Below, piece by piece: positions 48,701 to 60,206 of a stretch of 64,000 bases of DNA. Origin of the DNA: Paraspadella gotoi (taxonomy: Eukaryota > Animalia > Chaetognatha); the NCBI GenBank assembly GCA_051294375.1, contig CM119267.1:25621293-25685292 (forward strand), written 5' to 3'. The notes under the pieces are model-generated. The model had not been told where the DNA came from. It was given only the letters and a program-made list of their open reading frames with translations, and did not search any database. The translations under genes and the position numbers were made by a program. Numbering within the stretch: position 1 is the stretch's first letter; each line of letters starts with the position of its first letter.

Positions 48701-51700
48701 AAATTGAGTTAATTGGACAAAATTATTCAGACGATCAGCGATCTTTTTCGATGAAAACATTAGATATGTAATGACTTTTATTAATTAATAAGATTAAAAA
48801 CGTTAGAAGATTAATCGTGTCTTTGTGTTCATCAATGAATAACTCAAAAGCTAAATTCGTATTGATTCATTGTTTTTTATCGTCGCAATCGCTTTGCGTT
48901 TGCGTCGATCTTGTAACGCTTTTGCGCATAAGTGGTGAAGTCGTCATCGTCGTTGGCGTTCCAAATTATAGATCGATTTTTTTATGATTAAATTTGAGTG
49001 TATGAAGCTGAAAATTTATATACAGCTTCTCATCAACAATGTGCTTAAAATTGGGTCAGGACAGTTATTAAATATGTTTTGTTTAGGTTTTATCAAAACA
49101 AACAAATTTCCTCTTTTTTTTATGTTTCCTTCTCTCTCTCTTTTCTCTTTTAATTATATGTAGCTCTCTCTCTCTTTTTTCCCTAGTGCTGATTCATCGT
49201 GAAAAAAACGAATCTGCAGCTGGCTCTGCAGGGGCTCTCTCTTTTTCTCTCTTTTCTCCTGCTGCTTCTGCTGCTGCCTTTTTTTATTTTTTTTTTCAGA
49301 AACTTTAATTTTCTTTGGTACTTTATTTTTTTTAATTGACAATCGCAAAATAAAATTTTTTTTTCTGTTTATAAATTAATTTTCTTTTCTCCAATTTTTT
49401 TTCTCAAGGGCTGCGTCTGCTGATCAGTTTATTTGACAATGACAATTGATAATGACAACAAAAGAAATTTTTTTTTTTCAGAAACTGTCACTTTAATTTT
49501 CCTTGGTACTTTATATTTTTTTTAATTGACAATCGCAAAATAGAATTTTTCTTTCTGTTTATAAATTAATTTTCTTTTCTCAAATTTTCTTTTTATTTTA
49601 TTTAAATTTGTCGTCAATCCAGATTTTTCTTATGCGATTGCGACGATCCTTATGCTTTTAAGATTTTTTTCATCAATATTAGGAATGGAAACAGCTCGCC
49701 ACGAAATAAACTTCGGACCTGGGTCTCCCTCCGCCCTGGCCGAGTGGCGCATGTGGGAGGAGCAGTGGATCAACGTCTCTCAACAACTTAATCAGTGGGA
49801 TTATTTGTTAGACTACGGATCCACGCTGAAAGGGCCCTACGGTACCGAGTCAATTTTTGTTTTACTTTTTATTTAGTTTTTTGTATTTTTTTTATTCCTA
49901 CGAAATTAGGCGCCAATCCCCAGCTGGTTTTGGAATCTGCGTGGCGTGTCCCCAAATGGACCATGATGAAGGACGCGCTGGCGCAGGTGGAGATCTCCTG
50001 CCCAAAGGAGCTTGTGTGGAAAGTGAACTTGTACCGCGGATTCATCGCCATCTGTCACGCGGAAGACCCGCACCTCATGACAATGATCGACAAGCTCGTC
50101 GAAGTCGCCTCCAATCAGGTTGAAGAGAGAAAAAAAAGAAAAACCTGTCCACGTATAACAGAGAGATATATCTGTATGAAAATGGTTACCCTGATTATAC
50201 ATGACATTGGTTAATATTCAGTGGATATTTAATTAGTAGGGTAGTCTGGTAGTCGGTAGAGCACGGGACTCTTAATCCTGGGGTCGTGGGTTCGAGCCCC
50301 ACATTGGGCGCCACTCTATCTGGATGGGTGGTATCTCGGGCTAACTAACAAAGTCGTAAAAAAAGAAGGCAAAAAATGAGGGAGAATATATGTACTACTG
50401 AAAAAGGCAAAAAAAGGTACAAAAACGGTGTAAGAAAAAAAGGAGGAGTATAGAGAGAGAGAGAGGAGAGAAGTCGAGGAAGACGGAGAAGTGAAACTGG
50501 GTGAGCCTCGACCCCTGGGTGCCTGGAGGAGGAAGAGGAGGAAGAGTCGCGTGGCTGGCGAGACACGAGACTCGCGCTCGGGCTGGTTTGGTCGTTGATT
50601 TTTATTAAGAATTTTTTTTTTCACGTGCTGTCATGTAGCAGACATCGTTAGCTTTCATATGATACCTCACATGATGCATTAAAATTATTTTATGACCGCA
50701 TTATGACATAAAAAAAAAATTTGATAATTTTTTTCTGCCAGGCTTCGTATACACAGCTAAATCTTATATTTACATTTGTAATAATTGGGACTAATAAATT
50801 TTGATATATTCTGTCTATAATTACTCAATGTTGATCTTCTGTATCATAATATTGACGAAAATAATTTTTTTAAATTAATTTATTTTGAAATTTTTATTTG
50901 TGATTAAACTTTCTTTCGTTGTGTTTTAGATAATTGAAATTAAAGACAAAGTCTTGATACAGCAACGATTTTATTTTATTGTACAATAATATTGTACAAT
51001 AAAATAAAATAGTTGCTGTATCAAGACTTTGTCTTTAACTTCAAGAAATTTTTATTCAATTTTTTGTCAGAATTGATCTTTTTTATGATAAAAATAAAAA
51101 AAATAATTTTAATATAATTGAAAGAGTTTATATTAGTCTGCTTTAACATGAGATGCGATAAGGAAAAAACTTTGATGTGAAAAAGCTTTGAAATTAACCT
51201 TGGGTAATTTATCACTCAACTGCTTTTTCTTTATTTTTAAAAGATGGTTTTTCTATATAGTTTCCATACTTATTTTAATTTGATTTAGGTTGAAAATGGT
51301 TGACACCTATCCCTACAGATATTTGATGCTGAATTTGTTCAGCTAATTTCATATTATAAATATATTATAATAAAGAAAAGTAAGAGACTCTCCTTGATTA
51401 AAATTAATTTATTCTCATTAGATGTTTTGGACCAATCAACTTTGACGTCCTATAACATTCTGACGCTTTGATCGATTTTAATGGGACCTGGACCAATTGC
51501 TTTATCTTTCAATAAGCTTTGTTTATATTTATATATCTTAGTGAAATTCATCCATCCAATATAGTTTTTTTCAGTGTGAAAGAAGTGTCTTCTTTTTTTT
51601 GCGCCGAAGAGTAATAACAATTCCATTCTTAGAAATCAAAGAGAAAATATAACGGAAGTAACGGAACTACTTGCTTTCAAGGCATATCGCGTCTATGTGC

Positions 51701-54700
51701 GTCTACGTAGGTCAATTTTAAAAACATATTTGGAATCCTCAAACGCATATTTACTAGTAACCTGACGACATCAAGCGACGGAAGTTCGGTTCTCTTATTA
51801 TATCAAAAAGAAAAATTAATTCTAATATTTTTAGTTAATATCTATCAATTTGAATGAAAAAGAAAGCACTAGATATATTGCATGTGATCGAACAATGTTA
51901 TCGCAATAATAATTTTATGTATTTTGTAAGTATTTTAAGTATTTTTATTCCGTGAGTAAAATAACTTTTTTATTCGCTAATTTTTATCTCGGACGCTTAA
52001 CGCCAGACTTCCCTATAATTAGTGACTTACTTAATGGTTTGAAGGCTACTTGACTGGCTTCTTGGTAAGACTAATGAACTAGAGAGTTAGGCTTGCAATG
52101 TATTCAAGTATAGACCTATGAAAAGATAGCAATTACATGTTATTATCTTAATGAGTGCTAAACCTAAGTGTTGTCATAGTGGTATAGAATATAATATATT
52201 TTTCTTACTAAACATAGAAAAGTCAGCTGGAATCACAAGAATAATTAAAGTAATAAACTAGCAATTATGATATTTAATTCATTAATTGTTTAGCTATTAA
52301 TTGAACCACAAATAAACATGATCATTTACTCAAGTAAAATATTAATATTAAACCCTTAAGGCAATAGAACAAAAATTTATCAAAGCTTAATCAGAATACG
52401 ACAATATGCAAATGAGATTGAGGAACTCAATCTTATTTCAGATAATTCACTAATTTATCTGCTACACACACCCCTTTTCTTTAATATTCATTCTTTTTCT
52501 TTTTTTGCTGTCTTTTCTCTTAGTCCATCAAAGAGTGGCGTAAATTGCCGCACATCGTCTCTCAAATCCACATCCCCTGGCTTCAAGCTGCTCAACAGAT
52601 CATGGAGCTCCAAGAAGCGGCTCAGATTTCCCAAGGCCTTCAGGTGCGATTTTTTTCTTTAAGTTAATCAAGTCTGGATCGATTTTCACGACTTAAAACG
52701 CAGACTGCAAACATCGGGAGATCTTCCGCCCTTCACGACATGAAAGCGATCGTGAAGACGTGGCGAAATCGCCTCCCTCTCGTTTCCGATTCGCTCTCCC
52801 ACTGGAGCGACATCTTCACTTGGAGGCAACATCACTATGAGCTCATCGTTAATCACTACGAAGCCCAGGCTCACGACGCGCAGCAGGCGAGGACAGAATT
52901 AAGAGATTGTGGCAGATGATGTTATTATTAAGATGTTATTATTTGAATTTTTCTCAACAATAATTTTCTGATTTATTTGGTCTAACGGTTGTATGAAACT
53001 TTTTTCTCAGCAACAGAATTCGATGCTCGGCGTTCACGCCTCCGCCCAGGCGATCATTCATTTCGGGAAGATCGCTCGAAAACACGGGCTGCACGGGGCC
53101 TGCCTCGATTCTCTCAGTCGCATCCACACCATCAAATCTGTTCCCATCGTCGACTGCTTTCAGAAAATTAGGCAACAGGTTCGAATCGCCATAGTACATC
53201 ATTGCAAAATCGCTTCTATTAATTAATATTAAATTGTTTTCGAAACTAACAAAAGGTTAAGTGTTACCTACAAATGGCCGGCGTGATGGGCAAGAGCGAG
53301 CTTCAAGAAGGCCTCGACATCATCGAAGTCACGAATCTCAAGTATTTTACCAAAGAGATGACGGCGGAATTCTACGCTCTTAAGGGAACGTTTTTGGCGC
53401 AAATCGGACGATCCGAAGAGGCGAACCAAGCCTTCTCCGCCGCCGTGCAAATGCACGACACACTTGTTAAGGCCTGGGCGCTTTGGGGCGAATATCTCGA
53501 GTCGATCTTTGTTCGCGAGCGCTCGATCGAATTGGGCGTCTCCGCCATTACGTGCTACCTTCACGCTTGCCGACACCAGAATGAACCTCGATCGCGAAAA
53601 TATTTGGCCAAAGTTCTTTGGCTGTTGAGCTACGACACCGAGGATTGTCACTTGGCCGAAGTCGTCGACAAATACGTCGCTGGAGTCCCGCCTGTTTTAT
53701 GGCTTCCCTGGATTCCCCAACTGCTTACTTGCTTGATTCGAAACGAGGGAAAACTCATCTTGAACCTCTTGTACCAAGTCGGTCGCATGTTTCCACAAGC
53801 CGTTTGGTTTCCAATCCGCACCCTGTATTTGACGCTCAAGCTGGAACAGCGCGAACGATACAAATCTTCCGAATTCGCCAAAGCCATGGCGGGCTCCGTC
53901 GGTTGCGCGCCTTCTCCGGCCGACGTCGTCCAATCCCCGAGTATGCCGGAAGGGGCCGAGCCTACGGGCGGACAAGGCCCTACTGTGGGTCCCGGCCCGA
54001 TCAAGGCCACCCCTTCCATGTGGCGGTGCTCACGCATCATGCAACTTCAGCGAGAGTTGCATCCGACGATGTTGGCATCTTTGGAAGGCATCCTGGATCA
54101 GATGCTTTGGTTCCGCGAGAATTGGTGCGAAGAGGTGATCCGTCAGCTTCGCCAGGCTCTCGCCAAATGCTACAGCATCGCTTTCGAGAACCGCGCCTCC
54201 GTCGCTGAAGCGACCATCACTCCGCATGTGGCCAACTTCATCAGAAAGCTCGTTCTCTCCTTCGGAATCGGGCTCGAGGCCGGATCTCATTCTATCTCGT
54301 CTTCGTTCAGCGCCACCGCTACAGAATCGTTGACCCGTCGCGCCCCAGCCACCACTCAGGACCCTCTCTTCCACAAGATGAAGACGCAGTTCACGGCCGA
54401 CTTTGACTTTGCCGTCGCCGGCTCTCAGCGCCTCCACCGCGTCATTGGGAAACTAAAAAAGTGGATCAAGATTCTTGAGGCGCGAATCAAGACGCTGCCC
54501 AAGAGTTTTCTCATCGAGGAGCGTTGCCGCTTCCTCTCTAACTTCACCTCCTCTACGGCTGAGGTGGAGTTGCCGGGCGAGAGTCTCCTGCCCAAACACA
54601 ACTACTACGTTCGCATCGCGCGCTTCTTACCCAGAGTAGAAATCGTGCACAAGTACAAGTCGGCCGCCCGGCGCATCTACTTACGCGGACACAACGGAAA

Positions 54701-55762
54701 GATCTACCCGTATCTGGTCATTAATGACGCGTGTATGACCGAGTCGCGGCGCGAGGAACGCGTCCTTCAGATTCTTCGCATGCTCAACCACTACTTGGGT
54801 AAACAGAAGGAGACGGCGCGGCGGTTGCTGCAGTTCCACGTCCCCCGCGTAGTTGCCACTTCACCGCAGATGCGTCTAGTTGAAGACAACCCCGATTCCG
54901 TCTCTCTCGGCGACATCTTTCGGCGCCGTTGTGCCAAACGCGCCGTAGACGCCGACGCTCCTGTACAACGCTACTACGAGCGCCTCGCGGCTCTGCAGTC
55001 CCGAGGGGTCGTCGTCTCTCACCAGCACCTCCGCGAGATTTTTGAGGAAGTTCAGTCCAATCTCGTGCCGAAGACGACGCTCGTTGATTGGGCCAAGCAC
55101 ACTTTCCCCAACGCGACGGACTATTGGAGTTTCCGTAAGACTTTGACCTCTCAGTTGGCGCTCGTCGGTTTGGTGGAGTTTGTTTTTCACTTGACACGTC
55201 TCAATCCGGAGATGCTCCACGTGGCCTGCAATTCGGGAGTCCTCAACGTAGCTTACTTTAAGTTTGACATCGACGATGCCTCCGGAGACTTGGGTTCCGT
55301 CGATCGACCAACGCCTTTCCGCCTCACGCCCAACCTGGCAGAGTTCGTCACTCCCAACGGCGTCGACGGCCTGCTGCGCGGCTGCATGATCGCCGCCGCC
55401 CGCTGCCTCATCCAACCCAACTACAAAGTCTCGGCTCTGCTGCGGGCCGTGCTGAGAGATGAGGCCATCGCTTGGTGGGGAACTAAGAATCAAGAGGATT
55501 TAGGAGCCACTGCGCCGGACATGGATTGTAAGGACGTTTTATGTTTAACGGGAAAAATGTTGAGTTCACTTTAATTATTATCTTTTTTTCAGCCGAACTT
55601 CTTATCTCTATGGTCAACAAAGCCGTGAACTCCATCATGGGCAGACTTCAGGGTCTCGCCGCTTTCGAAGGTGGCGAATCTAAGGTGACGACCATGATCG
55701 CCGCCGCCATCTCCGAGGACAACCTTTGCCGCGCCGACCCGACCTGGCACCCCTGGTTGTGA
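29590..55762 (+). CDS. TRRAP: TRRAP/Tra1/Nipped-A (PIKK pseudokinase), ~25 exons, e.g. 29590-29790, 29875-30048, 31273-31701, 32142-34990, 35395-35721, 37212-37353, 37433-39596, 39685-40484, 47524-47611, 47699-48206, 53256-55527, 55593-55762
   Basis: Conserved TRRAP peptides (ESLRPLAYSMLADLVHHVR, NYFLLLRALFRSIGGG, GLRTLELCVDNLQPDFLY, FAT domain, RREERVLQ, PFRLTPN, FATC DPTWHPWL); exon phases checked by eye. Confidence 0.97.
35028..35284 (+). mobile_element. Solo LTR distantly related to the TRIM LTRs
   Basis: 257 bp, TGTGGCG...GCCATA termini, imperfect TSD ATGC/ATGA, shared CCATTGGCT motif and the same hairpin order. Confidence 0.78.
35148..35233 (+). ncRNA. Twister ribozyme, type-P5, in solo LTR; predicted cleavage 35176/35177
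   Basis: P5 GCTGGT/GCCGGC; P2 GTGT/ACAC; GC in place of GA; T1 TGG/CCA; mini-P1 TGTCGGCG; U^AA; P3 CAGTGAC/GTCACTG; P4 CAG-GTCCAAAGCT-CTG. Confidence 0.75.
36279..36977 (+). CDS. PNPO: Pyridoxine/pyridoxamine 5'-phosphate oxidase; intronless, nested in the TRRAP intron 35722-37211
   Basis: GRPSSRFVLCKG, FFTNYESRKA, YFQARP...IGALVSAQS, WGGF, IEFWQGQSNRLHDR, RLSP; ATG in TAAAATG context like neighbouring genes. Confidence 0.93.
   Translation: MDLSNIRAKYGDEETSFAEKQLVSLDPFVQFASWINEASKQESIQEANAACLSTVSPSGRPSSRFVLCKGFSGDSGFRFFTNYESRKARDIRGNPNVSLVFYWEPLHRSIRIEGVAKKISPAESDGYFQARPKESRIGALVSAQSTPIASRDVLRSRNAELEAEFEKGEVPRPEWWGGFDVVPEMIEFWQGQSNRLHDRIVFYASHAEDLKGVPEELLKQGEGDWKYCRLSP
40504..40551. repeat. 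(TTA)n microsatellite; partner tract 45656-45703
   Basis: Direct reading; the two tracts flank the LTR element 40552-45655. Confidence 0.9.
40652..42659. mobile_element. PIF/Harbinger-like MITE nested in HINE-A
   Basis: TAA|GGCTCTACGTACGATC ... GATCGTAAGCAGAGGCC|TAA; removing it restores GCAATCGCTAAGCGTTTGCGAC. Confidence 0.7.
44889..44920 (+). ncRNA. Degenerate Penelope-type hammerhead
   Basis: TTGATGA-A-GACT-acag-AGTC-GAAAC-ATGCC then tail AATAAAATTTGTTG. Confidence 0.5.
45880..47261 (-). mobile_element. ~1.38-kb solo LTR inserted into a Penelope terminal fragment
   Basis: TG...CA termini, 5-bp TSD ATAAG/TTAAG; TATA at ~46691, CACGTG at 46711, CCAAT (minus) at 46731. Removing it restores hammerhead plus AAAAATCGTTG tail. 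Confidence 0.65.
46349..46539. repeat. 26-bp tandem repeat, ~7.3 copies (TTAACCTTAACCAAGTCTTACCAGAC)
   Basis: Direct reading; no spacers between units. Confidence 0.95.
47268..47303 (-). ncRNA. 5'-truncated Penelope-type hammerhead
   Basis: Minus strand ATGA-A-GACTC-gaaccaata-GAGTC-GAAAC-ATGTA; associated ~50-bp inverted repeats at 45828-45878 and 47302-47356. Confidence 0.5.
50251..50313 (+). pseudogene. 5'-truncated tRNA-Lys(CTT) copy with encoded CCA
   Basis: AGTCGGTAGAGCACGGGACTCTTAATCCTGGGGTCGTGGGTTCGAGCCCCACATTGGGCG-CCA; the first ~13 nt (5' acceptor strand) are absent. Confidence 0.85.
50940..51038. repeat. ~99-bp near-perfect palindrome
   Basis: TTAAAGACAAAGTCTTGATACAGCAAC...GTTGCTGTATCAAGACTTTGTCTTTAA; contains the Penelope tail motif AAAATCGTTG. 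Confidence 0.9.
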
Positions 55763-56298
55763 AAACACCTTCTTCATAGCGCGATTGAAAAAACAAAAAT
55801 TTAATTTACTATTAAATACGTTGTGCGTTATGTATTATATAATCATTATGCTCAGACGTTAAAGAATTTATTCAACATGGTTTTTCTAGTTTCTAGAGAC
55901 TTTCTTCGTTTGTTCTCGCTTTATATTTTATAATTCATGTTTTTTGTCATGAAATCTATTTTCCTTGCTGATTATTTTATTTTTACTCGTTTTGTTTCTT
56001 GACTCGAATTGTATTGGACGAGCCATTCCAACATCAGTTAAAAAAAAAAAAAAACAAATTAAAAATAAAAAATCCGTTTTTGTTGGAATCTTTTTTACTC
56101 TGTAACAATACTAGATTTTTTTACGATATTGGCTCTTGGCTCTTGGCAGAATTACATCTGGAGGAGCATTTGATTATACATATAAATTCTATTTTATTTT
56201 TTAAGATTTTGTAGTTTATTCAAATTTATAAACCAACTCAAGGGAGTGTTGGACTTTTCTCTTCTTTTTTCCCTTTTAACCGACCAAAGAGAAAAAGG

Positions 56299-58357
56299 AT
56301 GGACTATGTTCGAAGCGGATTCGGGATGTTCTCGTCGTCCTCGCCAGCGTCGTCGTCTTCGTCGGCGGCGACGGCCGGTGGAGCCGAGATCGTGGAACGC
56401 CTCGTCAACCGCGTGACGTCGTCGACGCTGTTGGACGATCGTCGCGATGCCGTCAGAGGAATCAAGTCGTTGTCACGGAAATATAGACTCGAAGTCGGGA
56501 CGCAGGTGAGTTACCAAATCCTTCTATTTTTTGCGGGATAATAAAAACTGGAAAAGATAAGCTTGAATAATTAAATATTTGTTTTTGTAACGAATGAGCG
56601 AATAGGTCGATCTAATCAATGAAATCTTTATTTAAATAACAACCTTATTTAATATTTTTCGGCATTTGGTAGTTTATGCGTATTTCCACAATTGTTTACT
56701 CCAGTATTTTTCTACCTCCATTTATCAATTTTATTCTGACAGTAATTTCTCACTTGTATTTAGGGCATGCCCGCGCTGGTGGAGGTGTTGCGGCGCGACC
56801 AGAGCGACGCCGAGATCACTGGCTACGCGCTCGACGCCCTCTTCAACGTCATGAACACGACCCCGTTGGGTGAGGACGACGAAGACGAAGAAGACGACGA
56901 CGAGACGGAGGAGAAGAAAAAGGCGGAGCGAGACGAGACCCTCGGACTTCAGGTTTAGATTATATTAAATATTAATAAATATTACGCAACATTAAAGAAC
57001 GATTTTATTAAATTCTATTTATTTCTCGGTCCAGTTTACGGAGATTTTCATCAAAGATCCTTCGAATATTTCGCTCTTGAGCGAATTGCTCGACGAATAC
57101 GATTTCCACATTCGATGGCCGACGGTTAAACTCTTACTGCTTCTACTTACCAACGCCTCCAAAGTCGTCCAGGTCGAGATCGAGAAAATAAGCTGTGCCA
57201 ATGATTTATTATGCAAATGATCTATTATGTGAATGGCCTAGTATGCTAAAACAAGTATGCCGGGAGATCGATTTTCTTAAAAGATGGTCATGATGAGGAG
57301 CATGGTGATAATGATAGAGATTTTGAATGAAAAAGAACGATCGATTGCATTATTCATTGGTCTCTCACCGATTATTAACAAACAGTTCGTCTTATGATCG
57401 CTTAAACTCGTATTCTCCGAATCCAGGAGGCGCTGATGTCGATCCCGATGGCAATCTCCAAAATGATGGATCTGCTTTCCGATTCGCGCGAAGTCGTCCG
57501 CAACGATGGACTCTTGCTGCTCATCCATTTGACCAAAGGTATTCGGGGAAGGAATTGTTTCCCCCCCCCCCCAAGTATTAATAATATTGTTATGATTTCT
57601 CCTCGAAGGAAACTCGAACATCCAGAAAATCGTGGCCTTCGAGAACGCGTTCGAACGCCTCCTCGACATCGTGGACGAAGAGGAGATGAGCGACGGCGGC
57701 GTCGTGGTCGAGGATTGCCTCACGCTCCTGCTCAACCTTCTCAAGAACAATTCCTCCAACCAGACTTTCTTCAAGGAAGGGAGTTTCGTCAAACGATTGA
57801 CTCCTTACTTTGACTTCAGCCAACACGAAGGTCCGGTTATCCTTTATTTCTTTTAAAAGGGGATGAATATCGGGTTTTCCCATAAGAATTCTTGGTTTCT
57901 CTCCAGGCGGTTGGTCGGCGCAAAAGGTACAAAACTTGCACCTAATGATTCAACTGGTGAGATGCTTGGTTTCGCCGTCCAACCCGGCGCAGAACACGAC
58001 CTCCTGCCAAAAGGCAATGCATGCCAGCGGACTCTTGGACCAACTCTGCAAAATCCTCATGGCGTCGGGTGAGTCTCTTCTCCAGCTAATAGTGAAAAGT
58101 CATAAACAGATTCTTCTCGTGATTTTTTTTTCAAATATCTCTGTACACTTACTCCAGGAATCCCGGCCGATATCCTGACGGAAACCATCAACGCCATCTC
58201 CGAGGTCATCCGCGGTTCGCCCGACAACCAGAGTTACTTCGCATCGGTGACGGCGCCGACGTCTCCGCCCCGTCCCGCATTCATCGTCCTCCTTCTATCG
58301 ATGGTCAATGAGAAGCAGCCGTTCATCCTTCGTCTCGCCGTCCTTTACTGTTTCCAG
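56299..58357 (+). CDS. USO1: General vesicular transport factor p115 (USO1), first seven exons: 56299-56505, 56764-56952, 57035-57172, 57427-57538, 57609-57830, 57907-58068, 58158-58357; continues beyond the window
   Basis: VTSSTLLDDRRDAVRGIKSLSRKYRLEVG, EYDFHIRWPTVKLL, MDLLSDSREVVRNDGLLLL, NIQKIVAFENAFERL, DGGVVVEDCL, SMVNEKQPFILRLAVLYCFQ. Confidence 0.95.
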
Positions 58358-58523
58358 GTTTTGGCCAAAGAATTGAGATTGAGAAATAAAAGGAAGGGGG
58401 GGGAACAGAGCCGAGTCTTAAAAGAACAGGATTAGGGGGAAATGGATGAAAGCCACAAAATGTAAAAAATAATTGGAAAACTTTATCATGGTTATTCAAT
58501 ATTCATGGTAGTTATAAATTTGT

Positions 58524-60167
58524 TTGATCTCGCCAGACGGGCCTAAGCCCGTCTTGGGCGAAGATAACCATTTAGTATTGCTTCTTTGTGCCGTCGTCGT
58601 TATTATTGTCGTCGTTGTCATGCTGTTTTAACATTGGGAATAGTTCATGTGTGTAACCATAGGAAGCTAAAATTTAGATATGGCTTCTCATCATTGAGGT
58701 CTTTTAAATTTTATGGGGCAATGAGCATCATTTCTAAACACACTCATTGTTTTATATCAAAATTTGGTAGCGTTCGATAGACAATTGCAAACATTATCTA
58801 CATGCATAATTTCATCATAATCGACAATCCGTTCAAAAGTAATCGCCAAAAAGCAATCGCAAAAATCGCTCTTCAAATCGATCAACTTTCGCTTAATATC
58901 GAGCTCGTTTTGATCCAACAAAGATTAGTACTATGCGTAGTACTAAGCTTTAGAACCGGCGCACAGTGAGATCCTGAGCCTGAATTTTTCAGAAAAAATC
59001 CCGTTCAGTTAAAATATTTTTTTATATATATTAATTATAAGAATAATTTTTTTTAAAAAATTATTTGAATATTAAAATAATTAAAAAAATAATTTGTTAT
59101 AATTTTATGAATAAAATAATTATTTTATAATAAAATATATATTATTATAAGATTATATAATAATAATAAATAATAATAATAATAATAATGATTATAATTA
59201 AAAAAATAAAATTAAAAAATAAAATATTTATATTTTATTTATTATTTTTATTTTTATTATTATATTATTGTTATTATTATTAAAATAAAAAAATTAAAAT
59301 TTTTTTTATTTTTTATATTATATGATTTTATATTTTATTAAAATTAAAATTTTATTTTAATTTATATATTTTTTAATTATACCATAATAAAAAAAAATTG
59401 TCGCCAGTTTAAAAAATTAGTTAATTTTATTGTAAATATAATTTTTATTATATTTTTTTTTTATTATATAATATTACTTTTCTCGGATTGAATAAAAATT
59501 TATTCTTACATTATAATTATATTTATATAATATTTTTATATATTATATAATAATATAAAAAATTTTAAAAATATTTTTCTAGCATTTAGGACTCACAAGC
59601 AACACTGTGCGACGATTTTTGTTTTTAATAAGTTTTTATTGAACTTTTTTTAAATTTTGCATTATATTGAGGAAAACGTTTTTGAATTAAGCCCGCGCTC
59701 TACTGATTTGAATAGTAAAACAATACAGTTTCTGTCAATTGTGTTCAAAATTGAAAAAAAAATGAAGGCTTGACTATGCAGTTTTCACTTAAAAACCAGT
59801 TCATTTGATTGCTTTATCAAGCAATTAAGATTTGCAAGAATTTTAATTTGGCTTTTTTTCATCATGTAGAGAAGACAATAAGGTTTCGGAAACTGTACTG
59901 ATATGTATGATTTAGTCTTTTTTACTCAAGAGCCAGGAGGTTTCTTGGAATGGGACAAAACGGTCTGACCAATCCATTTAAATACCATTTTGGGCATGAT
60001 AAAATGGGAATTTCGATCGCGCTCTACCTACATTGGCTTCCCAAGACGCCAAGCTTTCGAAATCTGCCCATATTGACATAATGTTTTAGCCTTGACTATG
60101 CAGTTTTGAATAGAAGTAAAATATAAAAGAATCTTGATGGGAGCTTCGATTCGAACGATGCGCATCT
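58524..60167 (+). mobile_element. Third HINE-like element
   Basis: 5' hairpin TCGCCAGACGGG...CCCGTCTTGGGCGA, (GTC)n tract; 59728-60167 is homologous to 10905-11345 inside HINE-B. Confidence 0.5.
58962..59609. mobile_element. Transib-like MITE with CACAGTG termini and an extremely AT-rich interior
   Basis: CGGCG|CACAGTG ... CACTGTG|CGACG (5-bp GC-rich TSD, 4/5 match). Confidence 0.55.
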
Positions 60168-60206
60168 CTAATTATTATGTTTTATATTCCTACACTCATT
60201 TGTTTG

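Larger units (their letters stand above)
50237..52015. mobile_element. Non-autonomous TIR element (hAT-like TAGGG termini), 7-bp TSD
   Basis: TAATTAG|TAGGGTAGTCTGG ... CCAGACTTCCCTA|TAATTAG. Confidence 0.65.

Noticed and set aside
50238-50313. Functional tRNA-Lys gene
   Set aside because: The 5' acceptor strand is replaced by TIR sequence and CCA is encoded.
32584-55493. Many antisense/alternative-frame ORFs overlapping TRRAP and PNPO exons
   Set aside because: Shadow ORFs expected in GC-richer coding exons; no recognisable motifs.
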